DNA from: a virus
Virus genome (UHGV): UHGV-0208950
DNA: 32,380 bases
Direction: 5' to 3' (one strand)
Shown: positions 1 through 7,161 of the stretch, in pieces
Layout: each line of letters starts with the position of its first letter
Numbering within the stretch: the stretch's first letter is position 1
Program-made: the position numbers and the translations under genes
Notes under the pieces: model-generated
The model's database searches: none
What the model saw: the letters and a program-made list of their open reading frames with translations, nothing else
Told to the model about the DNA's origin: nothing

Positions 1-119
1 ATCTCCTTCCTGAACGTGAGGTCTGCTTCCTTTCCCCTTTCGAGCCTCCGCAGCAGGCTCCGGGTGCTGGAATGGTCCCGTTCTTCCCGCGTTTCTTCCA
101 TATTCAAATTAACTTTCAT
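1..119 (-). CDS. Small hypothetical protein (47 aa if the ends are joined; continues at 32380..32356)
   Basis: ATG at 119 with GGAG upstream. MKVNLNMEETREERDHSSTRSLLRRLERGKEADLTFRKE is open to base 1 and continues MEGWEYRY* across the junction. Confidence 0.6.
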   Translation of the reverse strand, partial: MKVNLNMEETREERDHSSTRSLLRRLERGKEADLTFRKE

Positions 120-336
120 CGTCAAGTCTCCATTCTACCGGGCACTCTGCCCCGATTGCTTTATCAAATGCCGGGAGGATCTCCCAAGTAAACCAACAAT
201 ACCGGTACCGCATTCCGCTGTCGTATACGCACCCCCTGCAAGTGTTGCAGTACGGCGCTTCCCGCAGCAGCGTCAGTTCGATAATGTCCTTATATGTACC
301 GCGGATATATCCACCCGGCGCCCGTTTTAACTCCAT
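109..336 (-). CDS. Cys-rich hypothetical phage protein (75 aa)
   Basis: GAGGAG RBS before ATG336 (MELKRAPGG...). CxxCxxC...C...C pattern. Overlaps neighbours in operon fashion. Confidence 0.7.
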   Translation of the reverse strand: MELKRAPGGYIRGTYKDIIELTLLREAPYCNTCRGCVYDSGMRYRYCWFTWEILPAFDKAIGAECPVEWRLDDES

Positions 337-491
337 TCTGTATGCTCCTCTTTCCATTTTGCAAAGCAGCTTAAACACCATGAGTCGCCGTCAAAGTCTA
401 TGTATTGTTCGTTTGGCTCAATAATGTCTTCGCACTTCACGCAAAACAGCTTTGGTTCCGGCAAATCATCGCCGTGCCGGTTGTATCCCAT
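327..491 (-). CDS. Small zinc-finger-like protein (54 aa), not in ORF track
   Basis: MGYNRHGDDLPEPKLFCVKCEDIIEPNEQYIDFDGDSWCLSCFAKWKEEHTEWS has two CxxC motifs and fills the operon gap. Confidence 0.7.
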   Translation of the reverse strand: MGYNRHGDDLPEPKLFCVKCEDIIEPNEQYIDFDGDSWCLSCFAKWKEEHTEWS

Positions 492-506
492 ATCTTCCAC
501 TTGACT

Positions 507-680
507 TTACGCCTCCTTTGGTGTATTCTGTATGTATACAATATTTTGTGTGCGCCTTTTTCGTTGGCAGACGAAGGGGCGCTTTTTTCTGCCCTTTTTC
601 AGCTTGTCCATCATCATACATGCCGGTATCCACCCGGCAAAGATCAGACCGCTAATCAGGGCTACTAGAATTGTTTGCAT
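507..680 (-). CDS. Small membrane-anchored hypothetical protein (57 aa)
   Basis: GGAGGTG RBS before MQTILVALISGLIFAGWIPAC. N-terminal hydrophobic helix followed by a basic tail. Confidence 0.65.
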   Translation of the reverse strand: MQTILVALISGLIFAGWIPACMMMDKLKKGRKKRPFVCQRKRRTQNIVYIQNTPKEA

Positions 681-685
681 GAAAT

Positions 686-961
686 TCACCTCCTGTATTT
701 TCTTAGCTTTTCGAGCCGCTTTTCTAAATCGTTGATATCTAATCCCCATGCTTCATAGGCCGCCTTTGTCGGAACGTTTCTGGCGTCGATACGCTGATAG
801 TTTTCGGCAATGGCCTTTTCTTTAGCAATTTTCTTTAATTTTATTGCTGAACCATCTCCGCAGCCAAACAGCTTTTTTATATCGTTGTTGCTTAGTTCGA
901 TTCGCCCATAATAAATGAGAACTGCCTCCTCTATGTTCTTGAGTTGTAAACCGGTATTCAT
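686..961 (-). CDS. Small basic early protein, possibly DNA-binding/excisionase-like
   Basis: 91 aa with AAGGGGG RBS and an HTH-like segment (LSNNDIKKLFGCGDGSAIKL). Located in the early operon. Function is inferred only. Confidence 0.6.
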   Translation of the reverse strand: MNTGLQLKNIEEAVLIYYGRIELSNNDIKKLFGCGDGSAIKLKKIAKEKAIAENYQRIDARNVPTKAAYEAWGLDINDLEKRLEKLRKYRR

Positions 962-1027
962 TTTCTTACCCCCTTTCTATTTCAGATTGTATCCTTTCTG
1001 GAATTGCTATCAGTGTAATTTCTGGAA

Positions 1028-1126
1028 TTATAATATCGTTAACTTCAGGATAATTAGCCCGACGATCAGACCGATAATAAACCAGAATAACCATCTCCAC
1101 CCATATAAAGGGGCATCGTTTTTCAT
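1028..1126 (-). CDS. 32-aa single-transmembrane peptide, not in ORF track
   Basis: MKNDAPLYGWRWLFWFIIGLIVGLIILKLTIL*, with a purine-rich stretch (GGGGAAGAAGTGAGGAG) upstream. Confidence 0.6.
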   Translation of the reverse strand: MKNDAPLYGWRWLFWFIIGLIVGLIILKLTIL

Positions 1127-1226
1127 CTCCTCACTTCTTCCCCTTATATGTACAGGTTGATTCAACACCTTTTTAGTATATGTTTCTGTATAAATTGATG
1201 AACTTGGAAAAATACAGGTTTTCCTC

Positions 1227-1255
1227 TTGACTAATAGAACATATTTTCGTATAAT
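1227..1255 (+). promoter_or_regulatory. SigA-type promoter with a Firmicute LexA (Cheo) box in the spacer
   Basis: TTGACT (1227-1232), 17-bp spacer, TATAAT (1250-1255). AGAACATATTTTCG (1236-1249) matches GAAC-N4-GTTC with one mismatch. Confidence 0.75.
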
Positions 1256-1337
1256 TATAAATAGATACTAGATGTTGATTTGATGTTCGCGAACAATCAC
1301 AAGATGTAGTATATTTCAAATGATTGGAGGTGTGTAA

Positions 1338-1553
1338 ATGCCAACATATAAAGCCGGAAACAAGTCCGATATGGAACGTTTTAAAAGGGATTTAAAAAAC
1401 ACGTTAATGAAAAAAACTAAACAAGTTGCATTAAATAAAGAATATGATATTGACTGTCCATTTTGCCATCAGACCATAACTATTTCAGCAGGAAAACACT
1501 TATGTCCAAAGTGTCACCAAGAGATAACTTTAGAACTTGATTTCAATTTCTAG
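1338..1553 (+). CDS. Zinc-ribbon protein (71 aa), antisense to the early operon
   Basis: Strong GGAGGTG RBS, CPFC...CPKC motifs and its own promoter upstream. Confidence 0.8.
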   Translation: MPTYKAGNKSDMERFKRDLKNTLMKKTKQVALNKEYDIDCPFCHQTITISAGKHLCPKCHQEITLELDFNF

Positions 1554-1691
1554 ATTACGCAAAGAAGAAGCTAGTTTTTCAGCCAAAGAATTAGCTTCTT
1601 CTATTTTTTTGTACAAATCACCGACTAAATCAACGTTTTCTTGTATGTTGCTTTCGTCTACCTTCAAGATTAATTTGATAGGTTTGTTCAT
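1530..1691 (-). CDS. Small helical protein (53 aa), not in ORF track
   Basis: MNKPIKLILKVDESNIQENVDLVGDLYKKIEEANSLAEKLASSLRNLEIEIKF. Its ATG overlaps the upstream TGA (ATGA 1688-1691), with a GAAGG RBS. Confidence 0.7.
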   Translation of the reverse strand: MNKPIKLILKVDESNIQENVDLVGDLYKKIEEANSLAEKLASSLRNLEIEIKF

Positions 1692-1933
1692 TTTGGTCTA
1701 CCTTCCTTTAACAACTCGTCCTTATCCACATCTGTAAAAAACTGTTCCTGCATAATACAAACTTCATCCCATAAAAATCTTCTTTTGCCAGAAAGTTTTA
1801 GTGACAATCCTCTAGGTGTAATATTCAGTGCTTTTGCAATATCTTTCTTTTTAATTCCACGTTCAAAGATCAAGCGTTCCAACACAGGATACTTTTTCTC
1901 AAATAACGGTATGATCTGGTTCATTCTCCTCAC
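1688..1933 (-). CDS. XRE-family HTH regulator (second Cro-like protein)
   Basis: IKKKDIAKALNITPRGLSLKLSGKRRF HTH motif. Coupled to the upstream gene. The start may be ATG1924. Confidence 0.8.
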   Translation of the reverse strand: MRRMNQIIPLFEKKYPVLERLIFERGIKKKDIAKALNITPRGLSLKLSGKRRFLWDEVCIMQEQFFTDVDKDELLKEGRPK

Positions 1934-2181
1934 TCCTTCCCGTTTCCCCTGTCCAGATTAGGACGAAGGTTTTGCTTGTACTCGTTTTCCGCTTGAATCA
2001 AATCGTCCAACGGTATTTCCAATGCCGAAGATAATTTCTGCAACAGCCCTAAACTGATGTCTTGCTGGCGTTCGCCGTTTTCGACCATCTGGTAATACTG
2101 TCTTGTAATTCCAGCACAATCAGCTACATATTGTTGCGTTTTATCTTTCTTAAATCGAAATTCTTTTAGATACACTCTCAT
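1930..2181 (-). CDS. Cro-like XRE HTH regulator
   Basis: TQQYVADCAGITRQYYQMVENGER HTH motif. GGAGGTG RBS before ATG2181. Divergent from the repressor. Confidence 0.9.
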   Translation of the reverse strand: MRVYLKEFRFKKDKTQQYVADCAGITRQYYQMVENGERQQDISLGLLQKLSSALEIPLDDLIQAENEYKQNLRPNLDRGNGKE

Positions 2182-2195
2182 CTCATTCACCTCCC

Positions 2196-2334
2196 GCAAC
2201 ATTTCGTTGATATAATAATATCATTTATATCTCGATATGTCAACGTATTGTTGCTATATTAGTTAAAATCGGCAGATTTAACAATATTTTCGCAATATTT
2301 TGTTGCATCTATTGAAAAAGCAACATTTAGTTGC
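2196..2334. promoter_or_regulatory. Lysis/lysogeny switch: four 15-bp palindromic operators and divergent promoters
   Basis: Operators: GCAACATTTCGTTGA 2196-2210, TCAACGTATTGTTGC 2240-2254, GCAATATTTTGTTGC 2292-2306, GCAACATTTAGTTGC 2320-2334. Confidence 0.85.
2215..2243 (-). promoter_or_regulatory. Leftward early (lytic) promoter
   Basis: On the - strand: TTGACA (2243-2238), 17-bp spacer, TATTAT (2220-2215), with a TGn extended -10. Confidence 0.8.
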
Positions 2335-2340
2335 TATAAT
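2312..2340 (+). promoter_or_regulatory. Rightward repressor/lysogeny promoter
   Basis: TTGAAA (2312-2317), 17-bp spacer, TATAAT (2335-2340). Operator 4 lies in the spacer. Confidence 0.8.
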
Positions 2341-2362
2341 ACAAATTGCAAGGGGTGATATT

Positions 2363-2695
2363 ATGAATAAATTGAAAGAACTTCGTTTAGAAAAAGGTGT
2401 ATCACAACAAATAGTAGCTGATTATTTAGGTATCACTAGACAGTCTTATAGTAATTACGAATTAGGGAATCGAGAAGCTGACTATGAAACCCTTGGTAAA
2501 TTAGCAAATTATTTTGACACTACTATTGATTATTTAATTGGAAATTCTGATTCCAAATCTGCTATGATTAACCCCCCCACCGACGACGATATAAAGTTCG
2601 CACTTTTTGGCGGCGAAAAAGGAATCTCCGACGAAGCATATGAAGACGTTAAACGCTTTGCCGCTTTTATCAAGGATAAATATAAAAAGGACTAG
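2363..2695 (+). CDS. Phage repressor, ImmR-like XRE HTH without an S24 autopeptidase domain (110 aa)
   Basis: AGGGGTG RBS before ATG2363. SQQIVADYLGITRQSYSNYELGNRE HTH motif. Short C-terminus. Followed by an ImmA-like gene. Confidence 0.9.
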   Translation: MNKLKELRLEKGVSQQIVADYLGITRQSYSNYELGNREADYETLGKLANYFDTTIDYLIGNSDSKSAMINPPTDDDIKFALFGGEKGISDEAYEDVKRFAAFIKDKYKKD

Positions 2696-2708
2696 GTGAC
2701 AGATTCTA

Positions 2709-3146
2709 ATGAATGATATTCTCGAATTATATCGGGAAATAAATAATCATGACATCATCTTTGAACTATTCTCACTTAACGATACAGATTCAATTTCAAT
2801 CATGGACGATTACGGAGCTTGTTATATTGGCATGGACCCTGAAAGGGTTCACAATCTCGCGGAAGAAAAAGTTACACTTGCGCATGAGGTAGGTCATTGT
2901 ATGACAGGCTCTTTTTATAACCGATATAGTAAACTTAATGACATTGAACAAAAAGAGCACCGGGCTGATACATGGGCTGTAAATAAAATTATCCCGTTCA
3001 AAAAGCTGGAACATGCTTTTCAAAACGGGATAGTAGAAGTATGGGAATTAGCAGAATATTTTAATGTAACAGAAGAATTTATATATAAATCGCTTGCCGT
3101 ATATGAAGAACAAGACGTTTATCATAGGCCGGTATGTGAAGAGTAA
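2709..3146 (+). CDS. ImmA/IrrE-family metallopeptidase (anti-repressor protease)
   Basis: TLAHEVGH (HExxH) motif, downstream E..AD.WA and LAEYFNVTEEFI. Adjacent to the XRE repressor. Confidence 0.9.
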   Translation: MNDILELYREINNHDIIFELFSLNDTDSISIMDDYGACYIGMDPERVHNLAEEKVTLAHEVGHCMTGSFYNRYSKLNDIEQKEHRADTWAVNKIIPFKKLEHAFQNGIVEVWELAEYFNVTEEFIYKSLAVYEEQDVYHRPVCEE

Positions 3147-3160
3147 AGGACGTGTTAATT

Positions 3161-4483
3161 ATGGCAAAATGTATTAGATGTGGAAAATCTGGAATATTTT
3201 TAAAAGTAAATAACGAGGGGTTATGTGATTCTTGTAACGAACAACAGACAATGTATCTTCGTAAGCAAATAGCAGAATTATCCAATCCAGAATATCAAAA
3301 CTTAGAATTTTTGCGGAACAAAATTTCAGAATGCCAATACACTTTTCAGAATTTGCAACAACAAGTAGCCGTTGTAAATCAAGAATTGCAAAATATTCAA
3401 AATCAAAAACAAGAAATTCAAAAAGAAATTGTGGATTTATCTGATGATGTTTTAGTTCAGTCTTTCGGTTTGTATAACCCCAAATATGATTTTGCCAATT
3501 CAAGCCAGTATAAGGATCGTTTAAGTAAAATTCGTTCTCAACAAAAAGAACTTATAAAATCCGGACTAGCAGCTACTGGAAATATGGATTGGACAGTTAA
3601 CGGAAGTCGCGCCCAGGGGAAAAAGATGGTAAAAGATATGCAGAAGTTACTGTTACGCGCATTTAATAGTGAGTGTGATGATATTGTAGAACGTGTTAAG
3701 TACAATAACTACGAAGCATCTATTAAGCGTATTACATCTTCTATGGAGGCAATTTCAAAGCTTGGGCAAATAATGAGTGTTTCTATTACGCCTACATACT
3801 ATAATCTTAAAATTCAGGAACTGGATTTAGCGTTTGAATACCGACAAATAAAACAACAAGAAAAAGAAGAACAAAAAGAATTACGTGCTCAAATGCGCGA
3901 AGAAGCTAAACTTCAAAAAGAGATAGAAGAAGAACGCAAAAAACTGCAAAAAGAACAAAAGCATTATCAGAACGCTTTAGAAAAGTTGGAAGAACAATTA
4001 TTAAAAGACCCGGAAAATCCAGACTTGTTACAGAAAAAAGCTGAACTGATGGGGAAAATTGGAGATACTCAAAAAGCTATTGCAGACGTTGATTACAGAG
4101 AAGCTAACAAAAAAGCTGGATATGTTTACGTTATTTCTAATATAGGTGCTTTTGGAGAAAATGTTTTTAAAATCGGAATGACACGTAGATTAGACCCAAC
4201 GGAGCGTGTTGATGAATTAGGTGATGCATCTGTTCCTTTTAATTTTGATATTCATGCTATGATTTTCAGCGAAGATGCGCCAAAACTAGAAGCCGCTCTC
4301 CACCAAGCTTTTGCCGATAGAAAATTAAATATGGTAAATACTCGAAGAGAATTTTTTAATGTAACACTAGATGAAATTAAAAATGTTGTTGCAAAAAATT
4401 TTGATAGGACAGTAGAATTTATCGACGTTGCAGAAGCTGAACAATTTAGAGTTTCACAAAAAATAAAGAACCAAAATAAATAA
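3161..4483 (+). CDS. DUF4041 + T5orf172 (GIY-YIG-like) domain protein with N-terminal Zn finger and coiled coils
   Basis: C-terminal GYVYVISNIGAFGENVFKIGMTRRLDP...SVPFNFDIH motif. N-terminal CIRC...CDSC. LLLRAFNSECD is the DUF4041-like core. Confidence 0.85.
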   Translation: MAKCIRCGKSGIFLKVNNEGLCDSCNEQQTMYLRKQIAELSNPEYQNLEFLRNKISECQYTFQNLQQQVAVVNQELQNIQNQKQEIQKEIVDLSDDVLVQSFGLYNPKYDFANSSQYKDRLSKIRSQQKELIKSGLAATGNMDWTVNGSRAQGKKMVKDMQKLLLRAFNSECDDIVERVKYNNYEASIKRITSSMEAISKLGQIMSVSITPTYYNLKIQELDLAFEYRQIKQQEKEEQKELRAQMREEAKLQKEIEEERKKLQKEQKHYQNALEKLEEQLLKDPENPDLLQKKAELMGKIGDTQKAIADVDYREANKKAGYVYVISNIGAFGENVFKIGMTRRLDPTERVDELGDASVPFNFDIHAMIFSEDAPKLEAALHQAFADRKLNMVNTRREFFNVTLDEIKNVVAKNFDRTVEFIDVAEAEQFRVSQKIKNQNK

Positions 4484-4511
4484 AATTTACCATAAGTTTT
4501 TATGGAAACAT

Positions 4512-4544
4512 AAAAAGCCGCCTACTGCTGCAACCGTAGACGGC
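4512..4544 (-). terminator. Hairpin with T-tract on the - strand in the int leader
   Basis: The - strand reads GCCGTCTAC-loop-GTAGGCGGC-TTTTT. Confidence 0.55.
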
Positions 4545-4604
4545 GGGCGCAAAACCTATCCCGGTGAGAAATTACCGGGTAAAATTTTCTAAAGGGGTGA
4601 TACT

Positions 4605-5732
4605 ATGCCAATACAAAAAGCTGGAGGAAAAAAAGACGGCAAGCAACGTTACCGCGTTCGTATTAACTATACTGATAATAACGGGAAAGCCCGACAGATT
4701 GAGCGCGTGGCCTATGGACTAGCCGAAGCAAATGATCTTGAAACAAGGTTGAAAGCAGAAGTCAAAGAGCAATCCCCCATTAAAAAAATGACCGTACAAA
4801 ATCTTTTTGATGAATATATTGAAGTAAAGTCGCACGAGGTAAGAGAAAGCTCACTTCGTGTTTCCAATTATATTTTAACCAGTCATGTTTTACCTTTTCT
4901 AGGGAAATACCGTTTAGAACGACTAAACAACACTGTCTTACAAAACTGGAAAAATGATATTTCTTCAAAAGACTATTCTATTACAACACAAAAGAACATT
5001 TATCGCGAATTTCGCGCTATGTTAAATTGGGCTGTCAAAATGGAATACCTTGTTAAGAATCCTTTAACCAAAATCGGAAATTTTAAAGATCCGTATTTTG
5101 AAAAGCTGGAGGAAAAACTACAGTACTATACTCCGAATCAGTTTAAAAAGTATATAAAAAAAGCCCGTGAATATGCCGAAACAGACGGCACCATCACGGG
5201 CTGGGGATATTATGTATTCTTTGCTATTGCCTTTTATACTGGAATGAGAAAAGGAGAAATCAATGCTTTAAAATGGTCTGATATTGACGGAGATATTATT
5301 CACGTTCGTCGTAGTATCGCCCAAAAACTAAAAGGTGAGGATAGAGAAACTCCCCCTAAAAACAAAACGTCATATAGGGACCTACAAGCCCCTCAGCCGC
5401 TTGTTAAAATACTAAACGAACACCAACATAGGCAACAGCAAATAAACGGATACAGCGAAGATTTCAGAGTATGCGGCGCAACTCGTTGTTTGCGTGACAG
5501 CAGCCTTGACAATAAAAACAAAAAATTTGCCGAAGCCGCCAAATTGCCGCATATCAGGATTCACGATTTTAGGCACTCCCATGCTTCACTTTTAGCGAAC
5601 GAAGGAATTAACATTCAGGAGATTGCGCGCCGGTTGGGACATTCTAAAATTGAAATCACTTGGAACACTTACTCTCACCTTTATCCCCGTGAAGAAGAAC
5701 GTGCAGTACAAATTCTGAATAAAATCGAATAA
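4605..5732 (+). CDS. int: Tyrosine integrase
   Basis: TGMRKGE, HDFRHSHAS, LGHS and TYSHLY catalytic motifs. N-terminal arm-binding and SAM-like regions. Confidence 0.95.
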   Translation: MPIQKAGGKKDGKQRYRVRINYTDNNGKARQIERVAYGLAEANDLETRLKAEVKEQSPIKKMTVQNLFDEYIEVKSHEVRESSLRVSNYILTSHVLPFLGKYRLERLNNTVLQNWKNDISSKDYSITTQKNIYREFRAMLNWAVKMEYLVKNPLTKIGNFKDPYFEKLEEKLQYYTPNQFKKYIKKAREYAETDGTITGWGYYVFFAIAFYTGMRKGEINALKWSDIDGDIIHVRRSIAQKLKGEDRETPPKNKTSYRDLQAPQPLVKILNEHQHRQQQINGYSEDFRVCGATRCLRDSSLDNKNKKFAEAAKLPHIRIHDFRHSHASLLANEGINIQEIARRLGHSKIEITWNTYSHLYPREEERAVQILNKIE

Positions 5733-5734
5733 AT

Positions 5735-5958
5735 TTCGGGGATTTTTCGGGGATAAAAGAAAAGAACCGCCTATTTTAAGGCGATTCTTTGTATTTTGGT
5801 GAAGACGAGTGGTTATATTTTCCCTGTTTTTTTAGATTCAAAACAAACTCACCATGCTTCACAAATGCCTTTGTAATGCGATTTTTATGGATTTTTCAAT
5901 TATATAAGTTTTCTGTAAAAAATCAAAATTCCAAAAAAATCGGGGATATTTCGGGGAT
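5735..5958. other. attP: paired arm-type repeats flanking a tRNA-3'-end-like core
   Basis: TCGGGGAT at 5736, 5747, 5940 and 5951. Core 5797-5812 reads CCACTCGTCTTCACCA on the - strand. Confidence 0.75.
5761..5790. terminator. Probable bidirectional intrinsic terminator downstream of int and of the tRNA-like core
   Basis: AAAGAACCGCCT-ATTTTA-AGGCGATTCTTT inverted repeat with one mismatch. Confidence 0.75.
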
Positions 5959-6022
5959 ATTTTCTCTCTATATTCTAGTTGTTTCTTATCTATTATATCT
6001 TCTCTTCATAATGAAGTCAAAC

Positions 6023-6052
6023 AAAAAAAGCCCCCGGAATAATCCGAGGGCT
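6023..6052 (-). terminator. Late operon/endolysin terminator
   Basis: The - strand reads AGCCCTCGGA-TTAT-TCCGGGGGCT followed by a T-run, just after the endolysin stop. Confidence 0.85.
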
Positions 6053-6069
6053 GTCTTTATGTATATATG

Positions 6070-7158
6070 CTATTTCCTTTTTACATAAGTCCCGTCACTG
6101 TTTTGCAGGCAGACCCAGCCGGAAGGTGTCCTCGCCCAAGATTCCCCGGGAAGGTTCTTTACCTCTAGTGCGGTAAATACCACACCTTTCACATAGCCCC
6201 CCTGCTTTCTCGCACTAGCTGAAAGCTCGCTGGTTGACTTCACCCGGTACTTCTTCCCGGCCCCCGTCCTCACGTTCAGCTTGCTGCAAGTGACAACATA
6301 ATCGCCCTTCTTGTAGCTATAGGTCTTCTTCGGTGTATAGACCGCTTTTCCATTCCAATCGTATACGGTATAGCCGGTATCATCTGCCATCGTCTTCGCA
6401 TTGGCAAGGTCTTTAAACGCGCCTTTCTGAGATGCTTCATCGCTCCATGACTTCCGCACACGGTAAAGCTTTTCTGTGGCCGTTCCAGCCGGATATACCT
6501 GTTTTCCCGATTCGTCAAACACAGCGTATCCCTTGTTTTTGTCCGCCATGGCTTTCGCGTTGTCTAACTTTTCAAACGCCCCTAGCTGGGAAGAAGCTTC
6601 CTTCCACGACTTCCTCACCCGGTACAAGGGCTTGTCCGCGCCTAGGCGCTTGTTGACCTCCTCCGCGATGTACGGAAACTTCCCTTGCAGGTACGGCCCC
6701 GGGCAGGTGGTAGCAGCAAACATATTGTGCCGGGTCAGGTTCCCTTTGCTGTCCCCGGTGTAGGTCAGCCTATCAATCCCATTTCTCTGGCAGATGTCCA
6801 CACATAAATCAATGAGTTTGGCTAAAGCCTTGTCCGATACATGCCAATCTGTATCCGCCCCGCCGTCGTTCGCCACCTCGATCGTAACAGCTTTATAATC
6901 ATTTTCCCGGCTGGAAGAAGCCCAAGAACGGTCCTTTTCCTCTACATACATTCCTACCCTGCCATTTGAATCAATGCCGTAATTGGCGCTTGCTTCCCTT
7001 GTCTGGAACACGTTCCCGCAGCTTTCTACGGAAAGGTTTCCCGCCATATGATGAATTGTAATCTTTGTGATTTTCCCTGTCGGGTTATAGGTTGAATTTT
7101 TTCTCGGGTTTTTGTTGGGGGAAATTTTGGTGTATGATACTAATTTGCTGTTGCTCAT
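6070..7158 (-). CDS. Endolysin: Amidase_2-type N-acetylmuramoyl-L-alanine amidase with two repeated binding modules and an SH3-like C-terminus
   Basis: ITIHHMAG, ASANYGI, TIEVAN and H..FAATTCPG motifs. Two LYRVRKSW repeats. LNVRTGAG...WARTPSGWVCL at the C-terminus. Confidence 0.92.
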   Translation of the reverse strand: MSNSKLVSYTKISPNKNPRKNSTYNPTGKITKITIHHMAGNLSVESCGNVFQTREASANYGIDSNGRVGMYVEEKDRSWASSSRENDYKAVTIEVANDGGADTDWHVSDKALAKLIDLCVDICQRNGIDRLTYTGDSKGNLTRHNMFAATTCPGPYLQGKFPYIAEEVNKRLGADKPLYRVRKSWKEASSQLGAFEKLDNAKAMADKNKGYAVFDESGKQVYPAGTATEKLYRVRKSWSDEASQKGAFKDLANAKTMADDTGYTVYDWNGKAVYTPKKTYSYKKGDYVVTCSKLNVRTGAGKKYRVKSTSELSASARKQGGYVKGVVFTALEVKNLPGESWARTPSGWVCLQNSDGTYVKRK

Positions 7159-7161
7159 CGC

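Noticed and set aside
5797..5870. Complete tRNA gene at attP
   Set aside because: Only a 16-nt 3'-end-like segment is present, with no T-loop, anticodon or D arm.
5735..5958. Short repeats here and at 30020-30366 as CRISPR arrays
   Set aside because: The repeats are 5-9 bp without spacer periodicity and there are no cas genes. They are better explained as arm sites and iterons.
5789..6088. 99-aa + strand ORF after int
   Set aside because: It spans attP and two terminators, is low-complexity and has no RBS.
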